NCBI RefSeq assembly: GCF_000016745.1
Contig: NC_009483.1
Coordinates: forward strand, 4,350,001-4,382,000
Length of the DNA: 32,000 nucleotides
Origin: Geotalea uraniireducens Rf4
Lineage (GTDB): Bacteria; Desulfobacterota; Desulfuromonadia; Geobacterales; Geobacteraceae
Reading direction: 5' to 3'
Below the pieces are notes generated by a model, which was not told where the DNA came from, ran no database searches, and was given only the letters and a program-made list of their open reading frames with translations. The position numbers were made by a program, and so were the translations under genes. This document shows positions 1-11,400 of this stretch, piece after piece. How positions within the stretch are numbered: the stretch's first letter is position 1; every line of letters begins with the position of its first letter.

Positions 1-322
1 CGTGGCCGAAAGCGAGGTAAGCACCCTGTTTGACATACGGTGCAATCTCCTCGCGGTAAACATCACCCTGGATTTCGTCAGGGAGGAGAATCATGATGAT
101 GTCGGCTATCTTAACGGCTTCAGAAGTCGTCAGCACCGTCAAACCAGCTTCGGTAGCTTTTTTTACCGAGGCAGAATCAGCCTTGAGGCCAACCACCACG
201 TCGATGCCGGAATCCTTGAGATTATTTGCATGTGCATGCCCTTGTGAGCCGTAACCGATGATGGCTACCTTTTTCCCTTTGAGCAAGCTCAGGTTACAAT
301 CTTTGTCATAGTAAATTTTCAT
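1..322 (-). CDS. ilvC: ketol-acid reductoisomerase, N-terminal part (gene runs off the window start)
   Basis: Minus-strand translation from the ATG at 322 reads [50 protein letters not shown]..., a typical IlvC N-terminus with the GYGSQG dinucleotide-binding motif. AGGAGG lies 5 nt upstream (328-333). It is absent from the ORF track because the window truncates it. Confidence 0.9.
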   Translation of the reverse strand, partial: MKIYYDKDCNLSLLKGKKVAIIGYGSQGHAHANNLKDSGIDVVVGLKADSASVKKATEAGLTVLTTSEAVKIADIIMILLPDEIQGDVYREEIAPYVKQGAYLAFGH

Positions 323-376
323 ACCTTCCTCCTGGTTATATTTTGATTTCTTCCTGCATATATGAACGGCAGCCGT

Positions 377-868
377 TTAGCCTTTCCATCCCTTCGCGCC
401 GCGACCTATGGCCACCGAACCGGTCCGCACCAACTCCTTGAGCCCCAGCGGTCGAAGCAGTTCCAGGATCGCATCGATTTTTGCCGGCGCGCCAGTTGCC
501 TCAATTGTGTAAGACTTGGGTGTCACATCGATAATCTTGGCCCGGAAGATATCAACTATCCTGAGCACTTCGGCCCGGCTCTCATCCTCTGCGGTAACTT
601 TAATGAGGGCCATTTCCCGTTCAATGGCGCTCCCCTCGACAAAGTCGATGACCTTTATCACGTCAATCAGCTTGTTCAGCTGCTTGGTTATCTGTTCCAT
701 GATCTGTTCATCGCCGCGGGTGACGATGGTCATCCGGGAAATGGTTTCATCGTTGGTGGGCGCCACCGACAATGAATCGATATTAAACCCGCGACCGGAA
801 AAAAGCCCGGCGACACGGGAAAGGACGCCAAATTCATTTTCTACGAGGACGGCTATTGTATGTTTCAT
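377..868 (-). CDS. ilvN: acetolactate synthase small (regulatory) subunit
   Basis: 163-aa ORF starting MKHTIAVLVENEFGVLSRVAGLFSGRGFNIDSLSVAPT..., the ACT-domain signature of IlvN/IlvH. GGAGGA lies upstream of the ATG. It sits between ilvB and ilvC. Confidence 0.92.
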   Translation of the reverse strand: MKHTIAVLVENEFGVLSRVAGLFSGRGFNIDSLSVAPTNDETISRMTIVTRGDEQIMEQITKQLNKLIDVIKVIDFVEGSAIEREMALIKVTAEDESRAEVLRIVDIFRAKIIDVTPKSYTIEATGAPAKIDAILELLRPLGLKELVRTGSVAIGRGAKGWKG

Positions 869-955
869 GAAAATCCTCCGAAATCGCTGTAGGGACGAAT
901 CTTGTACTCGCCCAGCAATCGGGCGATCACGAGGATCGCCTCTACGAACATTACC

Positions 956-2656
956 TCAGGATGCGAGCACCATCTCGGTCAGCGATGCCCCGGCAGGGAC
1001 CATGGGAAGAACCTTCTCCTCGCGGGCGACCTTGAACTCCATTATCACCGGCCCCGGTGTTGCGAATCCTTTTTTTATGACCGCTTCCACCTCGTCGGGC
1101 TTGGTCGCCTGAAAACCCTTGGCACCAAATGCCTCGGCGAGCTTGATAAAGTCTATGGGAAGCTCCATACAGGTCTGGGAATAGCGCTTGTCAAAGAACA
1201 GTTCCTGCCACTGACGCACCATGCCGAGGAAGTTGTTGTTGATGATGCAGATCTTGACCGCCAGCCGGTTCTGCACCACGGTCGCCAGCTCCTGCAGATT
1301 CATCTGAAATCCACCGTCGCCGCAGATGACGATTACCTGCCGATCGGGAAAAGCAGCCTGGGCTCCCATGGCAGCGGGAAGACCGTATCCCATGGTGCCG
1401 AGTCCGCCGGAGGAAAGGAGCGTCCGCGGCCGGTTAAACTTGAAGAACTGGGCGGTCCACATCTGGTGCTGCCCCACATCCGTTGCCACAATCGCGTCGG
1501 GGTCGCTCAACTCCCGCAGCTTCTGAATGACGAACTGCGGTTTGATTACGGTGGCGGACTGTTTGTAACTCATGGGGTGCTTGGCCTTCCAGCCTTCAAT
1601 CTCCTCTGTCCATGGAACGATTGATTTCTTGAAGTCGTCAAGCTTGTCCCCCTGCTCTTCAAGGACCTTCAACATCTGTGTCAGCACGTCCTTCACATCA
1701 CCGACGATGGGGAGGTCGACACGCACGTTTTTCTTGATAGAGGTGGGGTCCACGTCTATATGGATAATCTTCGCATGGGGGGCAAAGGACGCTATCTTGC
1801 CGGTCACCCTATCGTCGAAGCGGGCTCCGACCGCTACAAGGAGATCGCAATTGGAGACCGCCATATTGGCATAATAGGTGCCATGCATCCCGAGAAGCCC
1901 CAAAGAGAGGGGATCATCCTCAGGAAAGGATCCAAGTCCCATAAGGGTCGTGGTTACCGGCGCTTCGAGTTTCTTGCTCAAGGCGGTAAGTTCCTCAGCG
2001 GCATTTCCCAGGATTACCCCGCCCCCCACATAGATGACCGGCCGTTTCGCCCCCAGCAGCAGAGACATGGCCTTTTCCACCTGCTTCGGGTGCCCTTCGA
2101 TGGTCGGCTTGTAACCGCGGATCTCTACCGTGTCGGGGTACTTGAATTCGGCAGTGGCAATCTGCACATCCTTGGGGAGATCGATGAGGACCGGGCCGGG
2201 TCGGCCGGTGCGGGCAATGTAAAATGCCTTTTTCACTATCAGGGCAAGATCCTTGACGTCCTTGACCAGGAAGTTGTGCTTGGTGCACGGGCGGGTAATG
2301 CCGATGATATCCGCCTCCTGAAAGGCATCGTTACCGATAAGGGCCGTCGGTACCTGGCCGGTGATGATCACCATCGGAATGGAATCCATGTAAGCAGTGG
2401 CAATGCCGGTGATGGTATTGGTAGCGCCGGGGCCGGAGGTGGCAATGGCTACGCCGACCTTGCCGGTCGCCCGTGCATAGCCGTCGGCAGCATGTACCCC
2501 TGCCTGCTCGTGCCTGGGAAGGATGTGACGGATCTCCTTGAAGGAGAAAAGTTCATCATAGAGGTTGATGACCGTGCCGCCGGGATAGCCGAAGACCGTA
2601 TCCACTCCTTCCAGCTTGAGACACTCCAGTAAAATTTTTGCCCCGTTCATTTTCAT
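956..2656 (-). CDS. ilvB: acetolactate synthase large (catalytic) subunit, thiamine-diphosphate dependent
   Basis: 566-aa ORF starting [34 protein letters not shown]. It carries the TPP-binding motif [16 protein letters not shown]...GDGGFQMN. The start could instead be the Met two codons downstream. Confidence 0.93.
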   Translation of the reverse strand: MKMNGAKILLECLKLEGVDTVFGYPGGTVINLYDELFSFKEIRHILPRHEQAGVHAADGYARATGKVGVAIATSGPGATNTITGIATAYMDSIPMVIITGQVPTALIGNDAFQEADIIGITRPCTKHNFLVKDVKDLALIVKKAFYIARTGRPGPVLIDLPKDVQIATAEFKYPDTVEIRGYKPTIEGHPKQVEKAMSLLLGAKRPVIYVGGGVILGNAAEELTALSKKLEAPVTTTLMGLGSFPEDDPLSLGLLGMHGTYYANMAVSNCDLLVAVGARFDDRVTGKIASFAPHAKIIHIDVDPTSIKKNVRVDLPIVGDVKDVLTQMLKVLEEQGDKLDDFKKSIVPWTEEIEGWKAKHPMSYKQSATVIKPQFVIQKLRELSDPDAIVATDVGQHQMWTAQFFKFNRPRTLLSSGGLGTMGYGLPAAMGAQAAFPDRQVIVICGDGGFQMNLQELATVVQNRLAVKICIINNNFLGMVRQWQELFFDKRYSQTCMELPIDFIKLAEAFGAKGFQATKPDEVEAVIKKGFATPGPVIMEFKVAREEKVLPMVPAGASLTEMVLAS

Positions 2657-2695
2657 TGCAAAACCTCCCGGTTGGGAAATCGGATAAAATTATGT

Positions 2696-2720
2696 AGGGG
2701 CAGGTACAAGACCTGCCCCT
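2696..2720 (-). terminator. perfect 10-bp inverted repeat between ilvD and ilvB, a possible intra-operon attenuator or processing hairpin
   Basis: aggggcaggt (2696-2705), loop acaag, acctgcccct (2711-2720). On the minus strand it is followed by ACATAATTTTATCC, which is only moderately U-rich. Confidence 0.4.
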
Positions 2721-2731
2721 GCCAAATAGAT

Positions 2732-4393
2732 TTAGTCTGCCGACATAACGGCCCCGGTGTATGCCGAAGTGACCACCTTGGCATACCGGGCCAGCCAGCC
2801 GGTTTTAATCTTCGGCTCAGGCGCTTGCCAGCGGGCGCGTCGCTCGGACAGTGTCTGCTCGTCAACCAGCAGTTCCAGCCTGCGGTCGGGAATATCCAGC
2901 TCGATCCGGTCTCCGTCTTCCACGAGGGCAATCGGGCCGCCTTCTGCAGCTTCCGGTGAAATATGACCGATGCAGGGGCCGCGGGTACCGCCGGAAAAAC
3001 GGCCATCGGTAATAAGTGCAACTGAATCGCCAAGACCGAGTCCCATGAGGGCTGCGGTCGGAGCAAGCATCTCCCGCATCCCGGGCCCGCCTTTGGGGCC
3101 TTCATAACGGATGACAACGAGATCTCCCGCCTTGATGTTGCCGTCCATCAGGGCCGCCATGGCCGCCTCTTCCGAGTTGAAGCAACGAGCCGTGCCGATA
3201 AACTTCATCATGGCCTCTGATACGCCCGACTGCTTGACCACTGCCCCCTTGGGGGCAAGGTTGCCGAACAGGATTGCAATGCCCCCCTCTTTCTTCACCG
3301 GATCGGTCAGGGGGTGGATGACCGCCTCATCCACATTGGCAATACTGGCGGCCAGCTGCAGGGTAGTCATACCCATTACCGTCGGGTTGTCCTTGATCTT
3401 GTCGCCCAGCTGCATGAGCACCCCGGCGACCCCGCCGGCAGCATCCAGGTCTTCCATGAAATACTCGCCGGCCGGGTTCATCGAAGCGAGTTGCGGCGTT
3501 TCCTTGGCGAGGATGTCGAAGGTTTCCAGCGGCAGCTCCACACCGGCCTCATGGGCAATGGCAAGGAGATGGAGTACGGTGTTCGATGAGCCGCCGAGTG
3601 CCAGGTCGACGCGGATGGCGTTTTCAAATGCCGCGCGGGTGAGAATGCTGCGGGGGGTCACGTTGTTGCGCACGAGATCGACGATGCGCTCGCCGGAGGC
3701 AAAGGCAATGCGCCGCTTCAAGGCCGACACCGCCAGGGCCGTGCCGCAGCGGGGGAGACTCATGCCGAGGGTTTCGGTAAGGATGGCCATGGTGTTGGCG
3801 GTAAAGAGCCCCTGACAGGACCCCATGCCGGGGCAGGCGTTATCCTCGCAGACCTTTAGCTCCTTCTCGTCGATGACGCCTGCCTTGTAGCGGGCCATGG
3901 CCTCAAAGGTATCGGTGACAAACGAATATTTCCGGCCGGCCTCGCCACGGCCACTCATCATCGGCCCTGCCGTAACGACGATACAGGGGATATCGAGACG
4001 TGCAGCGGCCATCAGCATGCCGGGGGTAATCTTGTCGCAATTGGTCAGCAGCACAAGGCCGTCGAGACGGTGGGCCTCGGCGACCGACTCCACCATGTCG
4101 GCGATCAGTTCGCGGGTCGGCAGGCTGTAATGCATCCCCTTGTGCCCCATGGATATGCCGTCGCAGACACCGGGAATGCCGAAGAAAAAGGCATAGCCGC
4201 CGCCGGTGTGTATCCCCTTTTCAATGAAGCGCTCAAGGTCCCGCATCCCCACATGACCGGGAATCAGGTCGGTGAAACTGGTGGCCACACCGATAAAAGG
4301 CTTATCCATCTCGCTCTGCGGGACGCCGGTCCCCTTCAAAAGCGCCCGGTGCGGAGTCCGCTCCAGACCTTTTTTTATCATATCACTGCGCAT
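2732..4393 (-). CDS. ilvD: dihydroxy-acid dehydratase
   Basis: 553-aa ORF starting [24 protein letters not shown], with [15 protein letters not shown] and further IlvD/Edd-family motifs. GAGG lies upstream of the ATG. Confidence 0.93.
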
Positions 4394-4428
4394 GACAACC
4401 TCATCTATCCGGGAAAAAGTGAATAATG

Positions 4429-4457
4429 AAAATAATACATTATGATTCAGCTGTCAA
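4429..4457 (-). promoter_or_regulatory. candidate sigma70 promoter for ilvD(-ilvBNC)
   Basis: On the minus strand there is a perfect TTGACA (4452-4457), a 17-nt spacer and TATTTT (4429-4434). This sits about 35 nt upstream of the ilvD ATG in an AT-rich spacer. Confidence 0.45.
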
Positions 4458-4546
4458 CAGCAATAAAACTGCAATAAAAAGGCGTTATAAGGCTTAAAGG
4501 AAAGTTTGATATTGTGAAACAAACGGGAGAATTATCGTAAGGGGAA

Positions 4547-4590
4547 GCGAGTGCGGCAACAAACGACCGGCGCCGTTTATTTCCGCTCGC
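4547..4590 (-). terminator. possible terminator hairpin after the accessory three-gene operon
   Basis: gcgagtgcgg (4547-4556) pairs with ccgctcgc (4583-4590) with one bulge. An inner aaacg/cgttt stem lies inside. The trailing sequence on the minus strand is only weakly U-rich, so this is not a canonical intrinsic terminator. Confidence 0.3.
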
Positions 4591-4604
4591 AATGGAGATC
4601 AGAA

Positions 4605-5477
4605 TCAGGAGGGGTCAGCATCGGGGCCCCGGATCGGCTCAACGGCCTTACCCGCGTCGACTGCAGCAGCATTTCCGGTTGCAGGCGGCGCCTCCCGCTG
4701 CTCCGTCAAGGGGGCGGGGGATGCTGACCGGATGAATATGTCGATGGCAAGCGGGATCTTCGGGTCCGCCATATCGAGCGCCGCCGTTTCACCAGCTAAA
4801 AGTCCCAGGAGAGGGTCTGACTTGAACGCGCCAATGACGAAGCGCGCCGGAGCCGCCCCCTCGATACGATATTTCCCGTCAACATCGCTCGGGCCGCTCA
4901 GGTAGCGAACACGACCGATCACAGCACCGTCGCTCCCCGGCTCCAGGAGTTGGACAACCGCATTGGCAACAGGACGACCGGCACTGTCGCGAACCAATCC
5001 CGTTAGCGTAACAGGCATCGTTCGTCTGGCAGCAGGTGGTGGCAATTCAGTTACGGTCTGCGTTGCTGCCGCAAGCTGACTGGCGATTATTGCCGTTGCC
5101 TTCAATCTGTAGCTTAAACCATTGCGAACGATGATTTTTTGCGCTTGCGGACCGGTCAATGGCAAGCGGTGGGCCGGATCGGGCTGAGCGGCCCACGTAT
5201 GACCACCGATGCTGATGCCGGAGCCGATCACATATGTCCCCTCCGGCAACGACATGCTGAAGCTGCCATCAGGGGCACAGGAAGCGGCAAATAAAGGCGC
5301 AGCGTAAGGTGATGTGGGCGCTTTGTCGGCCTGGTAGGCGAACACGGCGCAACGCAACGGCTCCTGCTCCGGCGCAAGCTGCCCCGTGACGATACCGCCT
5401 GCATGTGCACAGCTTCCCGTGGCAATCAACCAGAAGGCGAAGAGCCGGGCAAACGAGGATTTCCATGTTGCGTCCAT
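4605..5477 (-). CDS. secreted protein with two carboxypeptidase-regulatory-like (CarboxypepD_reg, Ig-like beta-sandwich) domains and a low-complexity Pro/Ala tail
   Basis: The ORF track gives 4605..5501. I prefer the ATG at 5477 (MDATWKSSFARLFAFWLIATGSCAHAGG, a signal peptide) because GGAAAGGTGGG lies just upstream and it leaves a 14-nt gap after the upstream TGA. Domain motifs: CAPDGSFSMSLPEGTYVIG and VTLTGLVRDSAGRPVANAVVQL...DVDGKYRIEGAAPARFVIG. Confidence 0.75.
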   Translation of the reverse strand: MDATWKSSFARLFAFWLIATGSCAHAGGIVTGQLAPEQEPLRCAVFAYQADKAPTSPYAAPLFAASCAPDGSFSMSLPEGTYVIGSGISIGGHTWAAQPDPAHRLPLTGPQAQKIIVRNGLSYRLKATAIIASQLAAATQTVTELPPPAARRTMPVTLTGLVRDSAGRPVANAVVQLLEPGSDGAVIGRVRYLSGPSDVDGKYRIEGAAPARFVIGAFKSDPLLGLLAGETAALDMADPKIPLAIDIFIRSASPAPLTEQREAPPATGNAAAVDAGKAVEPIRGPDADPS

Positions 5478-5491
5478 AGGCCCACCTTTCC

Positions 5492-8400
5492 TCACGGACA
5501 TGAGCTTTGACCGTTGACGTAGTCCGGCATGGTAATGGTCACCTCGTTGGACGGCGAGGTGATCCCCCCTATCAGCACGGTGTCGTCCAACTCGGTGACA
5601 AGAGTCATGGTTTCGCTCCTGGCAAGATATTGGGAGATCATGCCGTAGTAACCCGGCGCCGCCTGAAATTCGGTATTACTCTGGAACGGCTGCCAACCAT
5701 TCCCCGCGCTATTGGCGACCCAGGCGGTCACTGTTCGTCCGATCCTGGTGATCCGTAACCCACCGGACGTGTTATCGGCATTCGCCCCGTTACAGTAACC
5801 GGTCCCATCCAGCGCCCAGCAGATTTCGTATGCATTGGTCGTCGAGCCGTACCGTCCTATGTAGAAGTAGTTGCTTCGAGTGCCGTCTCCCGCAGTGGCC
5901 GGCATATTGAACTGGAGCCGGGCATAGACGTGGTACTGGTTCCCGGTCACCTCTCCGGCAGGAAGGCGCAACTTCGTGGAGAAATCGAAGTCGCCGAGGA
6001 GTGGCGTGACATCTGATAGAAACAGCCGCGCCGAATTCCAGCTGTTGGCAACGCCGTTTCCGCTCGACGATTCGCTCAAGGTGACCACCCCGTTCGCTGC
6101 AACTATGGAGGAATTGCCGTTCGATGTTGTAAAGTTGAGCGGGGGGGTTTGGGCATCGACCACCGTTAGATTGTTTGCATCCTTCATGGTCACACGTTGC
6201 GACCAGATGGCCGGATTGATCCCGGCCGAGAAATCATCGGCCAGGAGTTTGTAGGGGCGCACACGAAAGATGCCGCTCCCCCCCGCACCAAGCACCCCCG
6301 ACAGTGTGTAACTGTTGGTTCCGTAAGGAATTCTGGCAACGACTCCCCAATTATCTCCCTGCTTGAACTCCAACTGGTAACCGGTCGGAGCGGTGCCACT
6401 CCCGGGTGTGATAGCGAATTGCACCTTGTAAGGGCTCAAGGGTACAGCATTCAATACCGCAGGACCGTAAGGGCTGGTCCCGCCACAGTACTCTGGTCCC
6501 ATTGCCGCCTCACCGGAACTGTTAAAGGCGACTACCGAGTAACAGTACGTGGTGTTGGCAGTGAGGTTGGCAGAGTCGTCATAATCGAAGATTTTCGCCA
6601 CTGGAGACGTACAGGCGATGGTCGAAATATCCGAACCACAGAACCATTCTACGTATGGCACGTTAATGGTAGCTGCGAGATTCTGGTTGGATCCGCTACC
6701 GCCGTCTTTCCTGTAGATCTTATAGCCGGTAGCTCCCTTTACCAGGCGGATTCCTACAGTAATTTGGCTATCGGAACGGGTAATAAGTAACGGCACGCCC
6801 GCCGTGGCTGGAGTTGCAGTAGTGCTCACAGATACCGACGGGGTGGAGTCCCCTCCGGCGTTGACCGCCTTGACCCGATACCAGTAGGTCGTCCCGGCTA
6901 CAAGGCTGCTGTCCGAATAGCTCAACACGTTCTGATTGGTAACAAGTGTCCAGCTGGCATTGTCGGTGGAGCGCTCCAGTTTGTACGTCGTGGCACTGGC
7001 AGAAGGGCTCCAGGAGACGGTTGCCTGGGTGGCGGTAACGCCCGAAATGCCGGTGATCGTCGGGGCAGAGCTGAGCGTCCAGACGGTTTTGATGACCGCA
7101 TCGTTAGACTCGATAGTCTTGCCGACCGACTCCACTTTCACCTGGTACTGGGTGCCGGGGGTAAGACCGGTGATGGTGTAAGGTGGAGGGCTCCAGGAAT
7201 GGGGGGAGGACAACGGTCCGCTCCAAGCGCCGTCGGCCGCTTTTTTGTAGTAGATGTTGTAGCTGTAGGCCTGATCGATACGCCCCCAAGTGACGGTTAT
7301 GGATGAATCGGTGGATGTGGTCGAGACGATGGGTGGTGGTGTCGGCATGGTCTGGACGTAGCCGTCTGCCGGACTGACCGTTTGGGAATCGATGGTGGTC
7401 CCGTAGAAGCTCGTCCGCACGAAAGCCTTAATTCCCGGCCCACGACCGGCGGAATAGGTGTAGCTGCATGTCGCAGTTGCGCATGTCACGGTCGTCTGCA
7501 GCCCCCACCCCGCCCAATAGCCGGGATAGGTTTCCGGTGTGCCGCCAGAACTATACTGGTAGCCGCTCAGATAGACGTCGAAGTTCATCGACGTCGGGAA
7601 GTTCGTGTTGTCCCAGTCGAGTTTGATGGTCGTCGCGGTCGGTGTGGAAAGGGAGAGCGAAGGCTTGGCAGGCGGCGCCTGGGCAGTCTGGCAGAGCTCG
7701 TTTGACCACGCTTCGGCAGGTCCGCCTGCTGCGGTGTAGGCACGGATGCGGTAGCAGTACTGGGTACCGTCGGTCACGGCGGTATCGATCCAGTTCAGGG
7801 TGTTTGCCGCGAGCCCTGTCGCGACCGTTGTCCAGGCACCGGATGGCGGGCGCCGTTGAACGTCGAAGTTGTCTTCGTAGGTGTCGGTCCAGACCGGCCG
7901 GAGCTGGTTGGAGGCCGGGATGTCGATGTTGGAAAGAGTGACCACAAGGGGGGGGAAAACAACGATGCCGTTGCTGTCCACAGAGGTCGTGCCGCCGCTC
8001 TTCGTCCGGACCGAAACGTACCAGCCGCGGTAGTAGGGTGCCAGGACGCCGCCGCCCGTGCCTGAAACGGCATCGGCTGCCATGGTGGCAGAATAAATCG
8101 TACCCCAGCAATAGGTGGCCGGATTGGCGAGGATTGTAGCGATCGAAGCGCTTGCCGCGCAGCTCTTGCCGACCAGATCATACCCGGTATTGCCCGGCAC
8201 CTGGGTCCAGGTGGCAGTGAACGTTGTTGAGGTCAGGGCGGACGCGGACTGAAGAGTCGGCGGGACGAGCGGGGTGGTTACGGACTGCTCCGGTCCCGCG
8301 GCCGGGTTTTCGACCCCGTTATAGCGCGCGTAGACACGATAATAGTAGGTGGTGTTCGGGGTAAGCCCCGTGTCGCTGAAGCTGTAACTGCCCGGATAGC

Positions 8401-11400
8401 CTACAGTTGACCATGTGCCCGCTCCGGTTTTGCGCTCGACCCTGTACCCGTTGGCATCCCAGCTGATGCAATAAATCCACGACAGGTCGATCTGATTGGC
8501 GTTCGGTGCTCCGTAGCTCCACCAACCCGTGACCGGGTTCGGTGCGGTATAGGACGGCACGGAATCAGCCGACGGCAGAGACCAGCCGGCAGAGCTCTGC
8601 ACGGAAAGACGGTAGTAGTAGGTAGTCGCCCGCGCGAGGCCGGTATCGTCGTATGAAGTCGTATTCGCCGCCAGGGTGGCGACGGCCGCATACGTGCCGC
8701 CTGTTCCGGCCTTCCGCTCAAGCAGGTAGCCGGTATTGCCGGCAATGTTGGGCCAGGATATATTGAGCGAGCTCGTCGTTACAGGGTTCGGGTTGGTTGC
8801 AGCCGGCGCAGCCGGTTTCGCCAGGGTGGTGGTGGCGCAGAACTCGTTATAACGGGTAGTAACGGAGTTCAGATCCGCATAGACCCGCCAGCAGTAGGAG
8901 GTGTTGGGAGCCAGGCCGGTATCGACGAAAGAGGCGGCATCCATGGATAGCTTACCGTTGATCGTTCCCGGCGGGTCCACCCATGAACCGGACCCCTGGA
9001 TACTCCGCTTCAGGTATGGAGTGGTGCCCGCAGTCACGTTGGTCCAGGAGAGATCGACCCTGGACGAATCCGCCTCGGCGACAGCCAGCAATGCATTGGG
9101 CATGACGACCAGGTCATTGACGATCTTGAGGGCAAGGAAATTCCTGTCGCCGGCATCGGAGGTGGTGTAGCCGGCGACAAAACCCTCGCCGAACTTGTTG
9201 GCGGCGATCGTTGCGGCATGATCTTCCTTGCCCGCCGTTCCGTTGTAAAGGAATGACTTTACATAGTCGCCGGCGGAGGTGTAGATGGCGGCCACGACAT
9301 CGGTATTAGGGCTTGCGCCGGTATCCCCGGCAATGTAGATGTATCCTGATGGATCGAGGGAGAGACCAGTCAGGACCTCATCGGCGCCGGGACGGCTGAG
9401 TTCCCTTTCCCAGAGGAGGGTTCCCGCGGTATCGTAGCGAAGAAGCGCCAGGTCCCGGTCATTGGCGCCGCGATAGGCCTCACCGGCGACCACGATCTCA
9501 TTGTCGAAGCTGTCATAGGCGATCTTGCGGGCGGCCGAATTGCCTGCTGCCATCCCCGCCGGGTAGGTCCTGACCCAGCGGCGGTCGACTGCTCCGGTCG
9601 CCCCACCCAAATATTTGATGACCACCATGTTCGTAAAACCGGTCGGGACGTCGGTGACGTAGCCGGCCACGTAAACGTCGCCGGCAGCGTCGATGGCAAG
9701 CGACAGTGCCCGGTCATTGCCGCTGCCGCCGTAGGTGTCGCTCCAGAGGACAGCGCCGGTGACGCCGTCCAGCTTGGCGACAAACCAGTCGTTATTGCCG
9801 GCAAGGTCGACCCGGCCGGCGACAAACACACTTCCGGCTGCATCAAGGGAGACGGCTGCGGGATATTCATTGCCCCCCAGATGGCTTTGAGCCGTAAAAA
9901 CAACCGTGCCTGTTGCGGAGAGCTTTCTTACGTAAAAATCGATGTTCGAGAGGTCTGCATTGCCGTGACCGGTGACGGCAACGGCGTACGGCGCGCCCCC
10001 CTGAACGGCCACCGCATCGGCATGGTCTGAAAGCCGGCCGGCGCCGTTCAGCTGATCGGTCCACGCTGGAGTCGCCTCAAGCACTCCGTCGATGGTGGGT
10101 GAAAACGGGTACTTGTGGGTCCAGACCGAAGGTATGTTGCCCGCGCCGGGGACGCTCTGGCTGGAGGTGCCGGTCATGACGGCTTCAAGGTTCTGATCCA
10201 CGGCAATAGCCACTGCATCGTCATCTTCGTCGTACCCCCCGTCGCGGCGGTCCTGCCAAAGCACCTCGAAGGTGCCGCGCTTAAGCTTTACCGTATAGTA
10301 ATCTTTGGATGGATTGCCCATAAGGTTCTGGTCGGCATGAATAGTACCGGTGAAGACCACCGATCCCCCCGAGAAGCAGGCGGCATCAATAGCCTGATCA
10401 TCCCCTCCGGCCGGATCGGCGTAGACATAGGTAAGCGCCGGTGAGGCGAAGGTGGCGACCCTGGTGAGGGCGTTTGCCTCTCCGGAAAGGTCGCCGTTGC
10501 CGGAACCGTCGTAAGCCTTGACCCGGAAGTAGTAATCGGTGTCGGGGAGAAGCCCCGTCACGTCGAAGTTGACGACACCGGAGCCTGGCTGGTCGGGGGT
10601 CGGTATCGTGTAAGCGTCCTGGCTCCAGGCCCCGTTTTCGCCGATCTTTATGTCCACCTTGAAACCAGTCTCGGTTTCGGTGTTGTCGAGGAAGGAGAGC
10701 TGCACCGACGTATTGCTCAGCACCTGGGTGGCGAGGCCGGTCGGCGGGTCGAGCACCCCTTTGTCCTGGCGGAGCACCACGTAGTCGATGTCGTCCTGGT
10801 CGTAGAGATAGTAGAGATCGCCGCTCGCCACGACGTAGGGGAGCGCCTGGGATGCGGCGAGGGTAATGGTTGTGGCGTCGTTCCCCTGGATGCGACGAAA
10901 GATGTCCTTGTTCTGACTGCTGACCATGTATAGGGTGTAGCCCGCCCATTGGTCCGCGGTCCACGACTTATTCCCGTTCTGCAACGAGGTCTTGGACCCG
11001 CCTGTGGCGGCCTGCGTCCCCCCGTCGAGTGGCTGCGTCCGGTCAGTCCAGACAGCAGTCACCACCCCCTGCCCCGCGAGGCTGATCCCCACCGGGCGAG
11101 AGCTGTTGCCGATCACCCCGCTCCATTCCCTGTCCCAGAGGAGCCGCCCGTTCTTGCGGCTGAACTTCGCTGTTACGACCTTCTTCACCCCAACATAGTC
11201 GCGCCACCCTGCGACAAAGACTCCGCCCGCCGGATCGACCGCAAGCGCAGAGGCCCCGGATGCATTGATCGACCCGGCATCGTAGGTACTGCTCCAGACG
11301 GTGTCGGGGACTGCAGTCCCGTTCTTGTGGTATTTGACGACGAAAAGCTTTGAAAATGCCGGAAGGACCCCGGCCGTAGCAGCGACATAAACGTCTCCCG

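Noticed and set aside
362-2632. Plus-strand ORFs overlapping ilvN and ilvB (362..775, 516..1112, 902..1624, 1760..2632).
   Set aside because: They are antisense or shadow frames of well-supported ilv genes, with no independent motif or RBS support.
6197-11388. Many 60-200-aa alternative-frame ORFs on both strands inside the giant gene (for example 7551..8111, 9370..9903, 10398..10964).
   Set aside because: They are Arg/Pro-rich shadow ORFs nested in a continuous 2286-codon frame with clear repeated domain structure. None has a plausible RBS or known motifs.
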